Source: Mobula birostris
Lineage: Eukaryota
Direction of reading: 5' to 3'
Assembly (NCBI RefSeq): GCF_030028105.1
Contig: NC_092395.1
Coordinates: 43,738,459 to 43,802,458, forward strand
DNA: 64,000 bases
Under the pieces are notes generated by a model. It did not search any database, was not told the origin of the DNA, and saw only the letters and a list, made by a program, of their open reading frames with translations. How positions within the stretch are numbered: position 1 is the stretch's first letter; each line of letters begins with the position of its first letter. Positions 11,946 through 24,436 of this stretch are shown here, piece after piece. The position numbers and the translations under genes are program-made.

Positions 11946-13389
11946 CCCACAGGAGCATCTGAAATTATCTTTACAGCACGTCAATTATAAGATAAGGCCC
12001 AGGAACAGACTCACTGACTTAATATGGCCTTCACAGACCTTACAAAAGCATTTGACTCTGCAAATTGTCCTTTCCTTTTGCTGGTACTGTCCAACATTGG
12101 GTGCCCAGAAAAATACATCAAGAACCTACAGTTCTTTCAGTGATATGTGTGTAACAGTCATCAGCCACTACATCACTTTTCAAGGTGCGGCTGGGGTTAG
12201 ACAGGGCTGAATCAATGTCCCAACTCTGTTTGCTGTTTTCACTGCAACCATTCTTCACCTCACAGCCTAAAACCTCTTACAAGGACTCCAGATTCTCTTC
12301 AGGACAGATGGAGGATTCTTTAAACTTAACAGGTTCAAGGCAAGGAGCAAGGTGTCAACTATTTCTGTCATTGAGCTCCAATATGAAGACAACAACACCA
12401 GCATAGCTCTCTCTGAAGAGAATCTACAGGGCACATTAAATACTTTTTGCAGAGCATACAAACTCCAGGGACATGATCTAAACATCAGGAAAGCCCAAGT
12501 TGTGCACCAACCTGCTCCAGATCCAGCTCCTGAACCTCCAACCACCCAAGGTGACAACATCCCTCTGGATAACACTAAGCATTTCCTATATCTTGGCAGC
12601 CTTCTTTCTTCAGGTGCCAAAAATTGACCTGGAAATAGATCAAAGAATAGGCTGTGTGAGTGGAGCTTTTGCCAGGCTGAGAAAAAGTTTTTTTCAATGT
12701 TGGGTTATCAAGACCAGCACCAAGCTTCCAATCTCCAAAGCTATAGTCCTTCCCTCCTTTCTACATGGAGTAGAGTCATGGACAACATAGAGCAGGCATG
12801 GAAAATCCCTTGAAAAGAACCATCAAAGTTGCCTCAGAAAGATTCTGAGAGGTAGCTGGAAGAACAGGCACACTAACTCCAGCCTCCTGGAGAAAGGTAA
12901 CCTTATTTCCATAGCTACAATAGTGACTCAACACCATTTGCGATGGGTTGACCACATTATCTGCATGCCTGACTCTTGCCGACCTAAACATCTTCTGTTT
13001 GGCCAACGCAAGGATGCAAAGTGCAATCCTGGTGGGCAGAAAAAAGCAGTTCAATGTCAATATCAAGACCCAACTGAGAAAATGTCACATCAACCTGAAT
13101 GAATGAGGGAAATTGGCATAGGATTAGAAAATTGGAGAGGACTGTCTATAAGGGGATTGCAGGCTCAAAGAATACCTCCACCTTGCCGCTCAGTCTAAGC
13201 GGTTTCAATGTAAGGAGAAACTGGGAAAGGCCCGACCAGCTACATCCACCAGCACTTCAAGGACCTATACATCCCACATCATATAGTCTAAGTCCCAGTT
13301 CGGATCCCCATTTCCAGCTTCTGTTTCGTGTTTCCAGTACAGAATTTTCTCTGAATTGAAAGACCTACTGTACGGCCAACGACCACAAC

Positions 13390-14280
13390 TCCATCCATAC
13401 AAATCGCTCGAGAATGTGACAGAGTACCTGCTGTCCCTTGTTTCCCGCCAAACCTTGTCGGCAGTTAAACCCGGGGAACAAGCGGATCGGTTACGAGGTG
13501 GTTTGCCTTCTCATACTCTTCAACTTTCCTCCGTAGATATTCTTATTAATCGGTGCCTTTATTAGTGTATTGACATGCCTCAATTGGAGAAATGATTCAT
13601 CCCTGGGTCATTTTTCTTGATACTTACATTGTTATGCACCATTATTTTTACCCAATTCCTACTCCAGTTACTGTTAAAACCAACTTTTAACAACTATATA
13701 CGATCCAATATTCTTTACAGGTATTATTTCCAATCCCTTCGCCCCAATGGTTAGCCCATCATCTACCACACACTGCAGCTTCTTCTCTTATCTTTTAGTC
13801 TAAATGTATTCTCCCGGAGCCTTCAATATCCCTTCTTCCAGTCATCATCTTGTTCCTCTACTCGAACTCAGGGGTGGTCACAAGCTGGTGTGGGACAGCT
13901 CGGGCAACCGTGTCTGGTCTTCACCCCTCTTGCTCGAGCGAACTTCTATCTTTTCCAGCAAGCATCAGGGATGGGTTCCTTCAGAATCCCATATCGTAGG
14001 GATCCCATCCTCGTTCCCAAAATACTGTCAAAGAATTTCGTCACCTGATTGCTGTTTTACCCTATTTTACTGTAAGAAAATTTACCCTGTTATCAAACAG
14101 AATTAAAGACACAGACTTCGGTGCATGTTTAACCTTTTTTGCGAGATTACGACTCCGCCAATGTCAGGTTACACCTTAAAATTATTCAGTAAATTTTCGG
14201 CAACAGCCAACAGCTAAAGATAATTAGTCAGCGACTTCGAGAAGCTCTTTTAGGTATCAGCCAGTTTACAAATATTCCTG
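13390..14280 (-). mobile_element. Possible highly degraded LTR-retroelement or ERV internal relic
   Basis: Only weak gag/pro-like peptide traces; no intact motif. Confidence 0.25.
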
Positions 14281-14555
14281 CGCGATACATAAAATTGGTA
14301 GTGTACGTGTACAGTCAGTTCCTCTATTAGCTAGACAGTCTCGGACAAAGGTCAACAAACTGTTGATCACAACCACTGTTATGAATAATTTCCAGCTCTT
14401 ATTAGTGAGCACAAGCAGGGAGGCATCTGCATATCATCCTGTCACCTTCATCATCCAAATCTTAAGCAATACTGAGCTAGTCAAGCTGGACAACAACGTT
14501 TAATTTAACTTTTATTTTTTCTCTTAAGTTACTTCCACAGCCATTCATGGAGAAC

Positions 14556-17500
14556 GTTTCTTTTATATTACCACTAAGGTGAATAAAATGGCTTCTCTGT
14601 ACTGTTAACTGCTGAGACAGTGGTTCTCTATAGCAGTATGTTTGGATTATAATTAGTGATAACGGGACTTGTATTCATTAGTTAACCAATTGTGATAGCT
14701 GTTATTGTTTCTGTCTGTGTGAAAGCTGTTAATTTGCGAGGGCTTCGGGGGAGAATGGTGTGAAGAGGATGAAGAGAGAAGACGTAGCTTGAGGAGATGG
14801 TTGCCGGACCCATTGGGCCTGAGCTCGGGGAGGGGGCCCAGGGGTCGACGACGAGCGAAGGAGGATTAACGAAAGGGAATCTGTGAGCTCCAACGTTTGT
14901 GCACTGGACATGTTTATGAGATTATTGGCGCCTTTGATTTGTTTTCCTTTTCTTTTGTTTCTCTACTAACTCCTATACTTAAATATAAAATCTTAATTGT
15001 TTAACAGCACAGTGTGGACTGAGTGTTATTTTGCGGTACTTATGTTAGACGGGACGCAACACACAGCATCTACACAAACTTGATTACCCAGTTTGGCAGG
15101 GCCAAAGGCTGCTATCCCTAGACGGAAGGGAGCTGAGCGAGACTGAGGTTTACCAAGGGCTACATTGTGGTGGCTATCATCCAGGATGTGGATTTTTGTA
15201 GGGTGCTGTGTGATTGCCATTTTTAAATCAGTGCTGCTGTGTCTTTGTGGGATTGCTGTCAGTAATGTGTCTCCCTGTGGAATTACAGTTAGTATTGTGT
15301 ACCTCTGTGGGATTATGGTTAGTAACAGATTGAGTGGGGTGGATATTCGTACCTTGGATGAATTGTGAATTCGATTTTTCAGTGTGGTTAAAGCAGATGG
15401 TGAAGTTGAAACCGTAGCGCAAAAGTTTGATAAATTGGCGGGCTCAGACCTTGCTTCAGGCGGGCTAGCACTGACATCATGGAGGTGGGATTGCCAGTGT
15501 CTGTTGGTGCCCCGGTGGGGCGGGGCCAGGGGCTGTCAATACTGTCAGGAGGGAGGGGAAAGAGTGGTCTGAATGGTCCATCTATGGCCTGGTCTTTGGA
15601 ATAACATTCACCCCTAAAGGGGCGGAGGCGTGGGTGGAGCGGACTTCGCAGTTGTTAGATGAGTGGCAGTGCTCGGCTGAGGGAAAGTGACAGGGTTTGG
15701 TTGGAAGTTTGGATAGGTGGGCTGTTGACCTTGTCAGAACTGTCAGGTTCAATTATCCCGTAGCAACAGCTACCAGTTATATGTAAGCGGAGGAAAATGC
15801 ATTTGGTTCGACTGGAATTAAAATGCGGCACCTGGGGGTCTTACCATACCTGTGTCAAGAGATTGGGGAAAGGCTTTCAGTGTATCTTCTGTGGCTCGGA
15901 GGGCAGCTAAATTGCTTGCAGTGCCAGGGGGATCATTTAAAGGGGTCAGCCCCTCCCTCAGTTGTTCAGCTGATCAGAGAGGTGTCGGGAAACTTAGTGT
16001 AGGCCCAGTGGGGGAACGGCTTGGGGTCTCTGGGGGAACACCTTCCCAGCAATATACCAAGGAACTCGGGGTCAACAAGTTTAATGCGAGGGTCTTTTTT
16101 TGTAAAAGTGAAATGTATCCTCCATAATTTCAGAGGTCTGCAAATCGTTACGGAAAGCATTGCAGCCAGAGGTCTTTCCCTGCCCTTCAGTCGGCCAATG
16201 CGAAGCCACTGCAGTGCAAGAGGAAATGAAATGCTACCAAGCGGACCAATCACAGTTGTTGCGGTTTGCGTTGCTGCGACGCGCATTTACATTTTGGGAT
16301 GGGTGCACGTCAGGCTACGGCGTTGGGAGCCACGTTACACTGCGTAGGTTTCGCGGTTACGTCGAAACTACCGCACTGAGTTTACGCAGAAGTATAAATC
16401 AGCCTTTAAAGGGGTTACTCCCGTGTGTGTCGTTACGGATAGATGGAAGCTATGCTAAAGCCATCCTTAACACCGTGGTGCATGCCAATTTGCTGCACAG
16501 TTCGTTTTGCAACCGGTATTTGAAGCATTTGCTCTCGGCACCATTCAAGGCACTGGAAATTCGGAATATAAATGCTAGGGATTATTCAGAAAACGATTAT
16601 GGGTCAGTGAAACTGGAGTTCTTGGAAGCCAAGGTGAAGGTATCTCATATTCATGAATCGTTAGTGCTGATGTGTCTGGACACTGTTGAGACGCACAGCG
16701 TTTCGATTCTGGACAGGATCAAGACCCCGCTGATGAGGAGGCGCAAGGGGGCCTGCCAGGAGGCGGGTGAGAGCTGTTCGGGGGCGTTGTCTGTGCACCC
16801 AGTGTTTTGAGCTGCTTGTGAGGACGTGTGTAGCAGCATTGGGCCGGTACAGAATTTAAACGAGAGCCGATGGTGGTACGGCCTGGGGGAAGTATCTGCG
16901 GGTGAGACCCTCTTAGTGGATGCTCCGACGTACCACGTGGGGGGGGCGGGGAGTTGACCGCTGAAGACAGCTCGGTGAGAAAGAGGTTGCGGCGACTGGG
17001 CTCTGTAGCTGTGGAAGACGTAGTCAGCGTGTGTGTGCATTATAGGAGTCTGAACAGGCGCATTGTCGTTGACCAGAATACGGTCCTGAGGGCCGAAGAC
17101 GAGATGGTCTGTTTGTGTGGTGCGACGTGGTTTAATATGCTGGATCTGAGGAGTGGATGTTGCCAGATCCCGATGAGTGAGGCCAACAATGAGAAACCCG
17201 GCCGTTATAGGTCCCCTAGGATTCTTCTGGTCCGAAAAGATGCCGCAGGGCATATCTGGAGCCCCTGCAACCTTTCTGTGGGGCATGAGGAAGACCATGG
17301 GGGATGTGGAGGTGTTTGGAGCTTTGATGTATGTGGATGATCGCCTAGGGTTTGGATTCGCCTTGGAAGACTATGATGTGAGGCGAGTGCCGGAGCATGG
17401 GACAGCCATTGAAGAATTGGAGTTCACGCTCGGCAAAGTGGAGATGGGGAAACAGAAATCCAAGTAGAAATTGCGGTCATTTACCGATGAATTAATCCGG

Positions 17501-18874
17501 AGAGACGAAACAATGACCAGACTTTGAAAGGATCAGCGGAAACTCTAGAAATCGATCCAGACAGATTGGAAGAAGTTGGTGGGATAACTGCACACCAGGT
17601 GGAGATGGACACGGAGCGTGGGTCAGAACTGCTGAGACTGCGGCGAGAGTTGGAGGAGTCAGAGAAGAAGCTGACGTCTCGATTACAGGAGGCTGAAGAG
17701 GCTGCAGCGGCCGCCAAGGCTAAGTGCTTCAGTTTGGAGAAAATTAAACAGCAGCTACCGATCGAGGAAATGACGAAAAATACGGATTCGAAGGATGACG
17801 TGCGGGATGTGTGTACATGTTGCCCTTCGCTAACTTCCCCTTGATTGATGAAGCGACTTTTGGCCCTTCTCCCACTGAGTCAGGTGTAGTGGGGAGGGCT
17901 AGCTGTGGGCAGTCTGGGTTACTATAGGACCCTGAAGGAAAAGAAGTGGTGACCCGGACACGGGACAGGTGGTTCCGATTTGCAGTCGGGGCATGAGTGA
18001 GGGATTGAGAGAGGAGTTGTCAAGCAGACCCGAGGTATCTCCAGTTGAATCCGAGCCGGAAGGGTTTAGATGAGGGGTTATGGAGGTCTAGGAGGATTAG
18101 GAAACTCTCAGATATGTTGGCCCATGTAGCGCCTGGAGAACAGGGCGTAAGGTCTACTGTTTGGGTTTTTGTGTCTGCAGGGAGTGTTGGCGAGTTATTT
18201 AGAAGTCATAAGGACATGACTAAATTTGGTGGTAGGAGAGTGTAAGGGTACATTTTTTTATGTCACTGCTGAGGTGAATAAAATGGCTTATGTGTACTGT
18301 TAACTGCTGAGACATTGATTCGCTATAGCAGTATGTTTGGATTATAATTAGTGATAATGGGACTTGTAATCAGTTATTAACCAATTGGGATAGACGTTAT
18401 TCTTTCTGCCTGTGTGAAAACTGTTAGTTTGCACGGGCTTCGGGGGGGGGGGGGGGGGACAAGCTACGAAGAGGATGAAGAGAGAAGACATAGCTTGAGA
18501 AGACAGTTACAGGAACCGCTGGACCTGGGCTCAGGAAGGGAGTGCAGGGGTCAACGACGAGCGAAGGAGGATCAGCGAAAGGGAATCCGTGGGCTCCAAC
18601 ATTTGTGCACTGGTCATGTTTATGAGATTATTGGCACCTTTTATTTGTTTTCCTTTTCTTTGGTTTCTCTACTAGGCCCCCATACTTAAATATAAAATCT
18701 TAATCGTTTAACTGCGCATTGTGGACTGAATGTTATTTTGGGGTACTGGTGTTACACAGGGGATACAACATGCAGCATCCACACAAGCTTGATTACCCAG
18801 TTTGGCAGGGCCGAAAGCTGCTCGCCCTAGATGGAAGTGAGCTGAGTGAGCCTGAGGCTTACCAGGGGGCTACA
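14556..18874 (+). mobile_element. Non-autonomous Gypsy LTR element (PNMA-like gag) carrying a myosin-derived insert
   Basis: LTRs at ~14556-15164 and 18241-18874 (TGTAAG...CTACA). Degenerate PBS TGGTGGCTATCATCCAGGAT; PPT GGTGGTAGGAGAG. Gag/zinc-knuckle/protease remnants at 15500-16810. RT ([17 protein letters not shown]) is cut off just after the YxDD motif. Confidence 0.85.
17405..17766 (+). pseudogene. Captured sarcomeric myosin heavy-chain rod fragments (three pieces)
   Basis: Three gapless matches to recalled MYH7-type rod peptides. [39 protein letters not shown] ~ [73 protein letters not shown] ~ [66 protein letters not shown] ~ [33 protein letters not shown]. Confidence 0.88.
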
Positions 18875-20156
18875 GTGAGCACAAACAAGGAGGCATCTAC
18901 TTATCATCCTGTCACGCTCATCATCCAAATCTTGAGAAATACTGAGCTAGTCAAGCTGGACAACAACATCTAATTTAACTTTCAATTTTTCTCGTAATTT
19001 ACTTCCACAGCTATTCATGGAGAATGATTCAAAGTCAATAATGAGGAAACATCCATGGTTATTTGCTTTCCTGGAACATAGTTAGAGACCTACAACCTCT
19101 CCCAGCAAATTCTTAAAAGCTTCATCTCTCCACGGTTTAATCAAGGCGTACACCATGACTGCTCAAAGTATTTTAGAAATCTATTGGAAAGCTACATGAA
19201 GAAGAGAAGATGAGTAAAGGAATTCTCATACACTGAGACATTCAGGCAGTGAACTTCATAGAGAAGGTCGAGATGCAGAGAAAACATTAATAGAGATAAT
19301 GTTTGGTGGGACAATTGTGACTAGGGTTATTTGTCATAGTTGTTCTGAGGTTTCTTTAAAAAAAAGCTTTCACTGGCCTGTCACCATCTAACAACATTCA
19401 AAAAATGTGTCATTATTCAAGTGATCCGTGTATTTCAATGCTTACTACTGCAGTTAGTTTGATATCACAAGCTAAGCAACAGCACAAGATTGCCGAGACT
19501 CCAAATAAAGATACAAACAAAATATAAAGATAATACAGTGCACGTGGTACCATTTGAAATAATCGCTTCCAATGGAAAAGCAAAAAGGGAGACTGCAGCA
19601 ATTGGAACTAGTTACTTGCCATAAAATGATTTTGCAGTAGTTTTCAAGGGGTAAAATGTGTGACTCATCAAAATGTAGATCTGTGTCTGAGCTCATTAAC
19701 TACTTTTTTTTTTCACCAGAAAGGTGTTAACAGATATGATCATCGTTAAAGGGGAGTGTAGAAGTGTGTGGCAACAATCGTGAAATTGGCAAGTTCTGCA
19801 TGAAATCAGAATACATTACTGATGCGTTTATCAGTGCAATAGAAGAAGTTGGCAGTGATGCCGGAGTAAGTTTGGGATGAAGACTGTTCCATATAGCCAA
19901 CAACAAGACAGGCTTAGCTAGGCACATATAAGTACTTATGGTCTTGATATTCTTGAGTGTTGTTGAAGCTGTTCTCATCCAGACAACTGGAGAGCATTCC
20001 ATCGCATGACTGCCTTGAGCTTTGTAGTTGGTGGATTGGATTTGGTGAGTTCGGAGGTGACTTACTCGCTGCAACATTCCAACCTCTCATCTGCTTTTGT
20101 AGACATGTTGTGCATATGGTCGGACCAATGGTAGAAAATTGCATTTACATCCAGGT

Positions 20157-20253
20157 TAGTCCTGACAAAGGGTCTCGGCTTGAAACGTCGACTGCACCTC
20201 TTCCTAGAGATGCTGCCTGGCCTGCTGCATTCACCAGCAACTTTTATGTGTTG
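20157..20253 (+). mobile_element. 97-bp retroposon 3' end with a hammerhead-like motif (Penelope-like-derived)
   Basis: 13-bp TSD TTTACATCCAGGT (20144-20156, 20254-20266); absent from the paralogous site near 40810; sequence TAGTC-CTGACAA-..-GAAAC-GTC-GACTG. Confidence 0.8.
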
Positions 20254-21989
20254 TTTACATCCAGGTGATTGGAAAATATCAAAATATGGGAGATGACATT
20301 TTCTGAATGCATAAAGTTCACAGAGTCACACTACAGAGTAACAGCCTCCTTACACCAACTGGCCCATACCAAACAATATCTTTACCTACATCTCCATTGG
20401 GTCCTATTTGCCCATAACATTCTCAACATTTCTAATCCATTTTCCTGCCCAATTCTCTTTTAAAAGTTGCTACTGGGCATATTTCAGCGACTTCCTCTGG
20501 GTCTGGCTCCACATTTTACATAGATACCACGCTATTTCTGTAAAAAAGTTATTTGCATGACACCAGGCCTCAAGCTCTTCCAACTCGATCCCTTCTCATC
20601 CATCTCAGACCACAGGAGCTGTGCTGGATTTCGGCACCTGCACAGTTTTCAAGATTATGATCAGCTGTGAAATCTGTCATTCAGTAGTTTGCTACAGAAT
20701 GGGGTGGAATAAACCTGTTTGCATAACCTTCCCCACCCCAGATCGTCCAATTGTTATCCTGCAATTGATCAGATCACTGGTTTGGAGTGCAGCTGCTTTT
20801 GGCAAAACAGTGCAGAGTAAAGCTGAACTTAACAGTCCCAGGGCTGCACAGGTTCCCCCTTATTCCTATCTAGTTCCTTAAGAAACAGTGGGCCATTCAT
20901 TGGGAGGATAGGCTCAAAAATGCTTTGGTTACACGTGAGGCTTTTCTCTCGGTCTGATAACTCACAACTTCAGTGACCTGGATTTGATCCTGAGCTTGTC
21001 AATGTGATATCTGTATGTTCCGTCTGTGACTACTTGAGTTTCCCACTGATGCTCTATGTTCGTTGCACAGCACAGTTATGGTACTGAAATTTTTCCCTTG
21101 GAGCAATGAAGAAACAAAAGAATCAAAGGGAGCTTGAAGGCGTGTGTGAGGGGAGTGGAACTGGCATTAATGGGGTTGTTTTATCGGGATCTTATATAAA
21201 CCCAATAGGCTGAATAACCTGATTATGTGTTTTGCTAAATAACAATCCCTCAGTTTTCTTTGTAATATTTGATTATAAGAATTTATTCTATTACCACTTG
21301 AATAAATTGTCTTTACTCTCAGCACTGCAGCCTCAATTAAGAAACAGGTTCAATTGCAGAGTCAGCTTAGAGCAGAGAATGGGGTGTGTTTACTCAGAAT
21401 GGTCAACTGGTTTAGGTCCAGGTTTCAGGGAATTTCATAGGATACTGGTTGTGGACAAGGAAGAGTTAATTGTCAATCTAGGATTCAGTTTCAAAGATAG
21501 ACAAATTCTCCATCATAGTGAATGCAAGGTGAAAGTAGCACACTGTGCAGAAAAAAATAAAGTATGTACTCTGGTTGGTGTCTTAAAAGTTGGCGTTCTG
21601 TAGCAGTACAAACATACTGAATCAGATAGTTTTAAAATAGATTTGGCTTCTCAAAATTAGCACATGATGCAATGGAAATCCACAGCAGTAAAAATTTATA
21701 TTTCCACCACAATCTGAATCTTGTTATACAGCATATCGTCACTCCACCATTACAATTAAACAAAGCTGCTGACCCAGGTTCAGTGTGAAATATAGATGAG
21801 TACATGAGGGGAACAAATGATACCTAAAAAATGCCTAAAGTGACCAGACAGTGTGCATTCATCAGTTGAGCTGCCTATAGTTAACTGGCAGCCCTAAACC
21901 AATAGATCTGAACAAAGAGCTTCTGCCCTTTAAAGGCAAGAAAGAGAAAATTAATGGAGGATATGCAAACAACAGACTTGTTAAAACAA

Positions 21990-22111
21990 ATCTGTTACTA
22001 GCTCTTCCTGCAGTTAATCCTGATGTAAGGGTCTCGGCCTGAAACATCGACAGTACCTCTTCCTAGAGATGCTGCCTGCCCTGCTGCGTTCACCAGCAAC
22101 TTTGATGTGTG
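21990..22111 (+). mobile_element. 122-bp copy of the same retroposon
   Basis: 12-bp TSD TTGTTAAAACAA (21978-21989, 22112-22123); the paralogous site near 44590 is empty. Confidence 0.8.
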
Positions 22112-23126
22112 TTGTTAAAACAATGAGGTTTTTGTCAGTTGTCCCTGTGAACACATCACTATTCAAGGGTACAAAAAACACAATCCTGGAAGAATACAGC
22201 AGGTCAAACAGCACCTGTGAGGGCAAGAGGTCTATGTTGATGTTTTGAGCAGAGAACAAATATCATAATGGAGGAGGATCAGGAAATGCTACCAGTGTAT
22301 AGCAGTAAAAGGGAAGGTGGGACAAAGGCTATCAGATGATAAGTGGAGATACATGGATGATCAGATAACGGACAGACAGAAGTAAGCGAGAAAGCGGGAA
22401 GGAGATGTGGACATAATGAGAGGAAAACCAGTGTTATGGTTATCTGAATGTTATTATAGTTCAAAGTTCAATTGCAATGTCACTTGCAAGGTGTCTGAAT
22501 GCCCTCCCCATTGAATTCAAGTTTCATGGTTGAAGGTACATTTATTATCAAAGTATGTATGCAGTGTCGAACTCTGATTTTGTCTTTTCCAGACAGCTTT
22601 GAAACAAATAAAACCATGGAATCTGTTCAAAGAAGAGAAAGATGTCAAATTGAACTACAGTCCAATTCATAAATCTCTGGCCCAGGACTTCGCTACCATC
22701 CTCCGGCAGCATCGAAGAGAGAGTCCACTGGAACGCATGGGCCTTCTTCGGGATCAGTGAGGAAGAGACAGTCACATGCAGGCACCTTCTCCTGAATCAG
22801 CGAGTGAGAAGCTGCTAGATGGCACTGAACATTTGCTCGCCTCCAGGGTGCTCCAATTTCCTCCAAGTCTAAAGATGAACAGGTTCTAATCACTAAATCT
22901 GAACTTTGTACCTCTCTCGGCAACCGCAACCTTAAACTTGAACTTGACTTCCTCACTGGAAGACCACAGACTGCGCAGATCGCAGATAACATCTCCTCCT
23001 CACTGACAATCAACATAGGTGCAACTCGAAGATTAAGGCTTAGCACACTGATCTACTCTCTCTCTACACCCATGACTATATGGTTAGGCACAGCTCAAAT
23101 GCCATGTATATATTTGTTGATTACAT

Positions 23127-24020
23127 TGTTACGTACCCCGTAACTGGGTTGCCAAACCAGCAGAAACGGATCACTCAGTTGGAGTCTGGATTACTAGAAC
23201 TATGAAAGTTTTATTAAAGAAACAAGCAACACAGTACTCTAATCAAAAGGATAATAAATGCAACAGTTCAGCAATGATAAACACACATGTACACAGAATT
23301 AAGGTAACAGGATCAATCAAGCTCTATCGTTGTCTAGGGGTAAATGACCAGTTTCAAAGTGATGCAAAGTTCAGTTCAATTTAGTTCAGTTCAGTTCGCA
23401 GTAATCGCTGCCGTGGGAAATGGACAGTGGGGGGGGGGGGGAGAGAGAGAGCAAAACGAATGAATATTCAAAACAGCTTCCACACAGACCTTCGCAGTCA
23501 GCTTTCGTGCGAGCCCTTTGTGATGTCATCTGAGGTCACCAACCGTGACCCCTCCGTTTCCAGATAGGATCATTTCTCTGCGGTGAACCTGGCACCCAGG
23601 CAAGGGCGGACACACACCAGGTTCCCGCCGATCGTACCTTTCCACCTTGTGCGTCTATGGCTTGATCCCGCGTTCAGCCGTCCAAAACTTCCCACCGACT
23701 TGTGGGAGACGCACCGCTTCCAGGGTCTCGTTACCTCGGGGTGTCGTGTGTGTCTTGCCTTAGCGAACCTGTCCCTTTTTATCCCCCTGCTGGGGTATTG
23801 CCTGTCCATCACTTCAAACAGTTCAGGGTTCAAAGAGGGAGCCGACCTTGACAGCTCTCCTTCCGTTAAACTCTCCCGTCCCTTCATTAACATCTCCAAT
23901 GCTGCTCCATTGTTTTCCTTATCTCTCTCTCTCCTGAAGACAGGTGGCAGACCAACTGCTGATCCCACTGGTGCCAGCACAGGACAGCTAACATCTTTAT
24001 CTATGTGTATTCTCGTCACA
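23127..24020 (-). repeat. Solo LTR of the Gmr1-like family at 35926-39273
   Basis: TGTTACG...GTCACA termini, 4-bp TSD ACAT (23123-23126, 24021-24024), homologous to 38418-39273. Confidence 0.92.
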
Positions 24021-24436
24021 ACATAACTACTGTTTGCAGAATTTCAGAGAGTGACGGTAAGGGGAACACGAGGGAGATGGATCGGCTGGTTGAGTGGTCC
24101 TACAGCAACAACCTTGCACTCAGTGTCAGTAAGACCAGTGAATTGATTGCGGCCTTCAGGAAGGGGATGTCGGGGGAACATGCACGAGTTGTCAATTGCA
24201 GATCAGAAGTGTGAGCATCTCCGAGAATCTATCCTGGGCCCATCATATAGATTCAACTATAAAGTAGGCACGACGGCAGCTATATCTCATTGGGAGTTTG
24301 AGAAGAATTCATATTGTACCAAACACACTTGCAAATTTCTACAGATTGACCATTGGGAGCATTCTGATTGATTGCATTACTATCTAGTTTGGAGGGGCCA
24401 CTGCACAATATCGGAGAAAAACTGCAGAAAGTTAGT

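Larger units (their letters stand above)
10000..13100 (+). mobile_element. Degraded RTE-type LINE (RT region), split by insertions at ~10190-11945
   Basis: RT pieces at 10000-10185 (NYRAISHFSTAGK-like) and 11950-13100 (DLTKAFD, FLYLGSLLS, LHGVESWT). Confidence 0.7.

Noticed and set aside
13570-13790. Possible dUTPase-like remnant on the minus strand
   Set aside because: Similarity too weak to support without a profile search.
21541-21547. CACTGTG heptamer as a possible J-side RSS (also near 51299)
   Set aside because: No GGTTTTTGT nonamer at a correct spacing and no FGxG frame follows.
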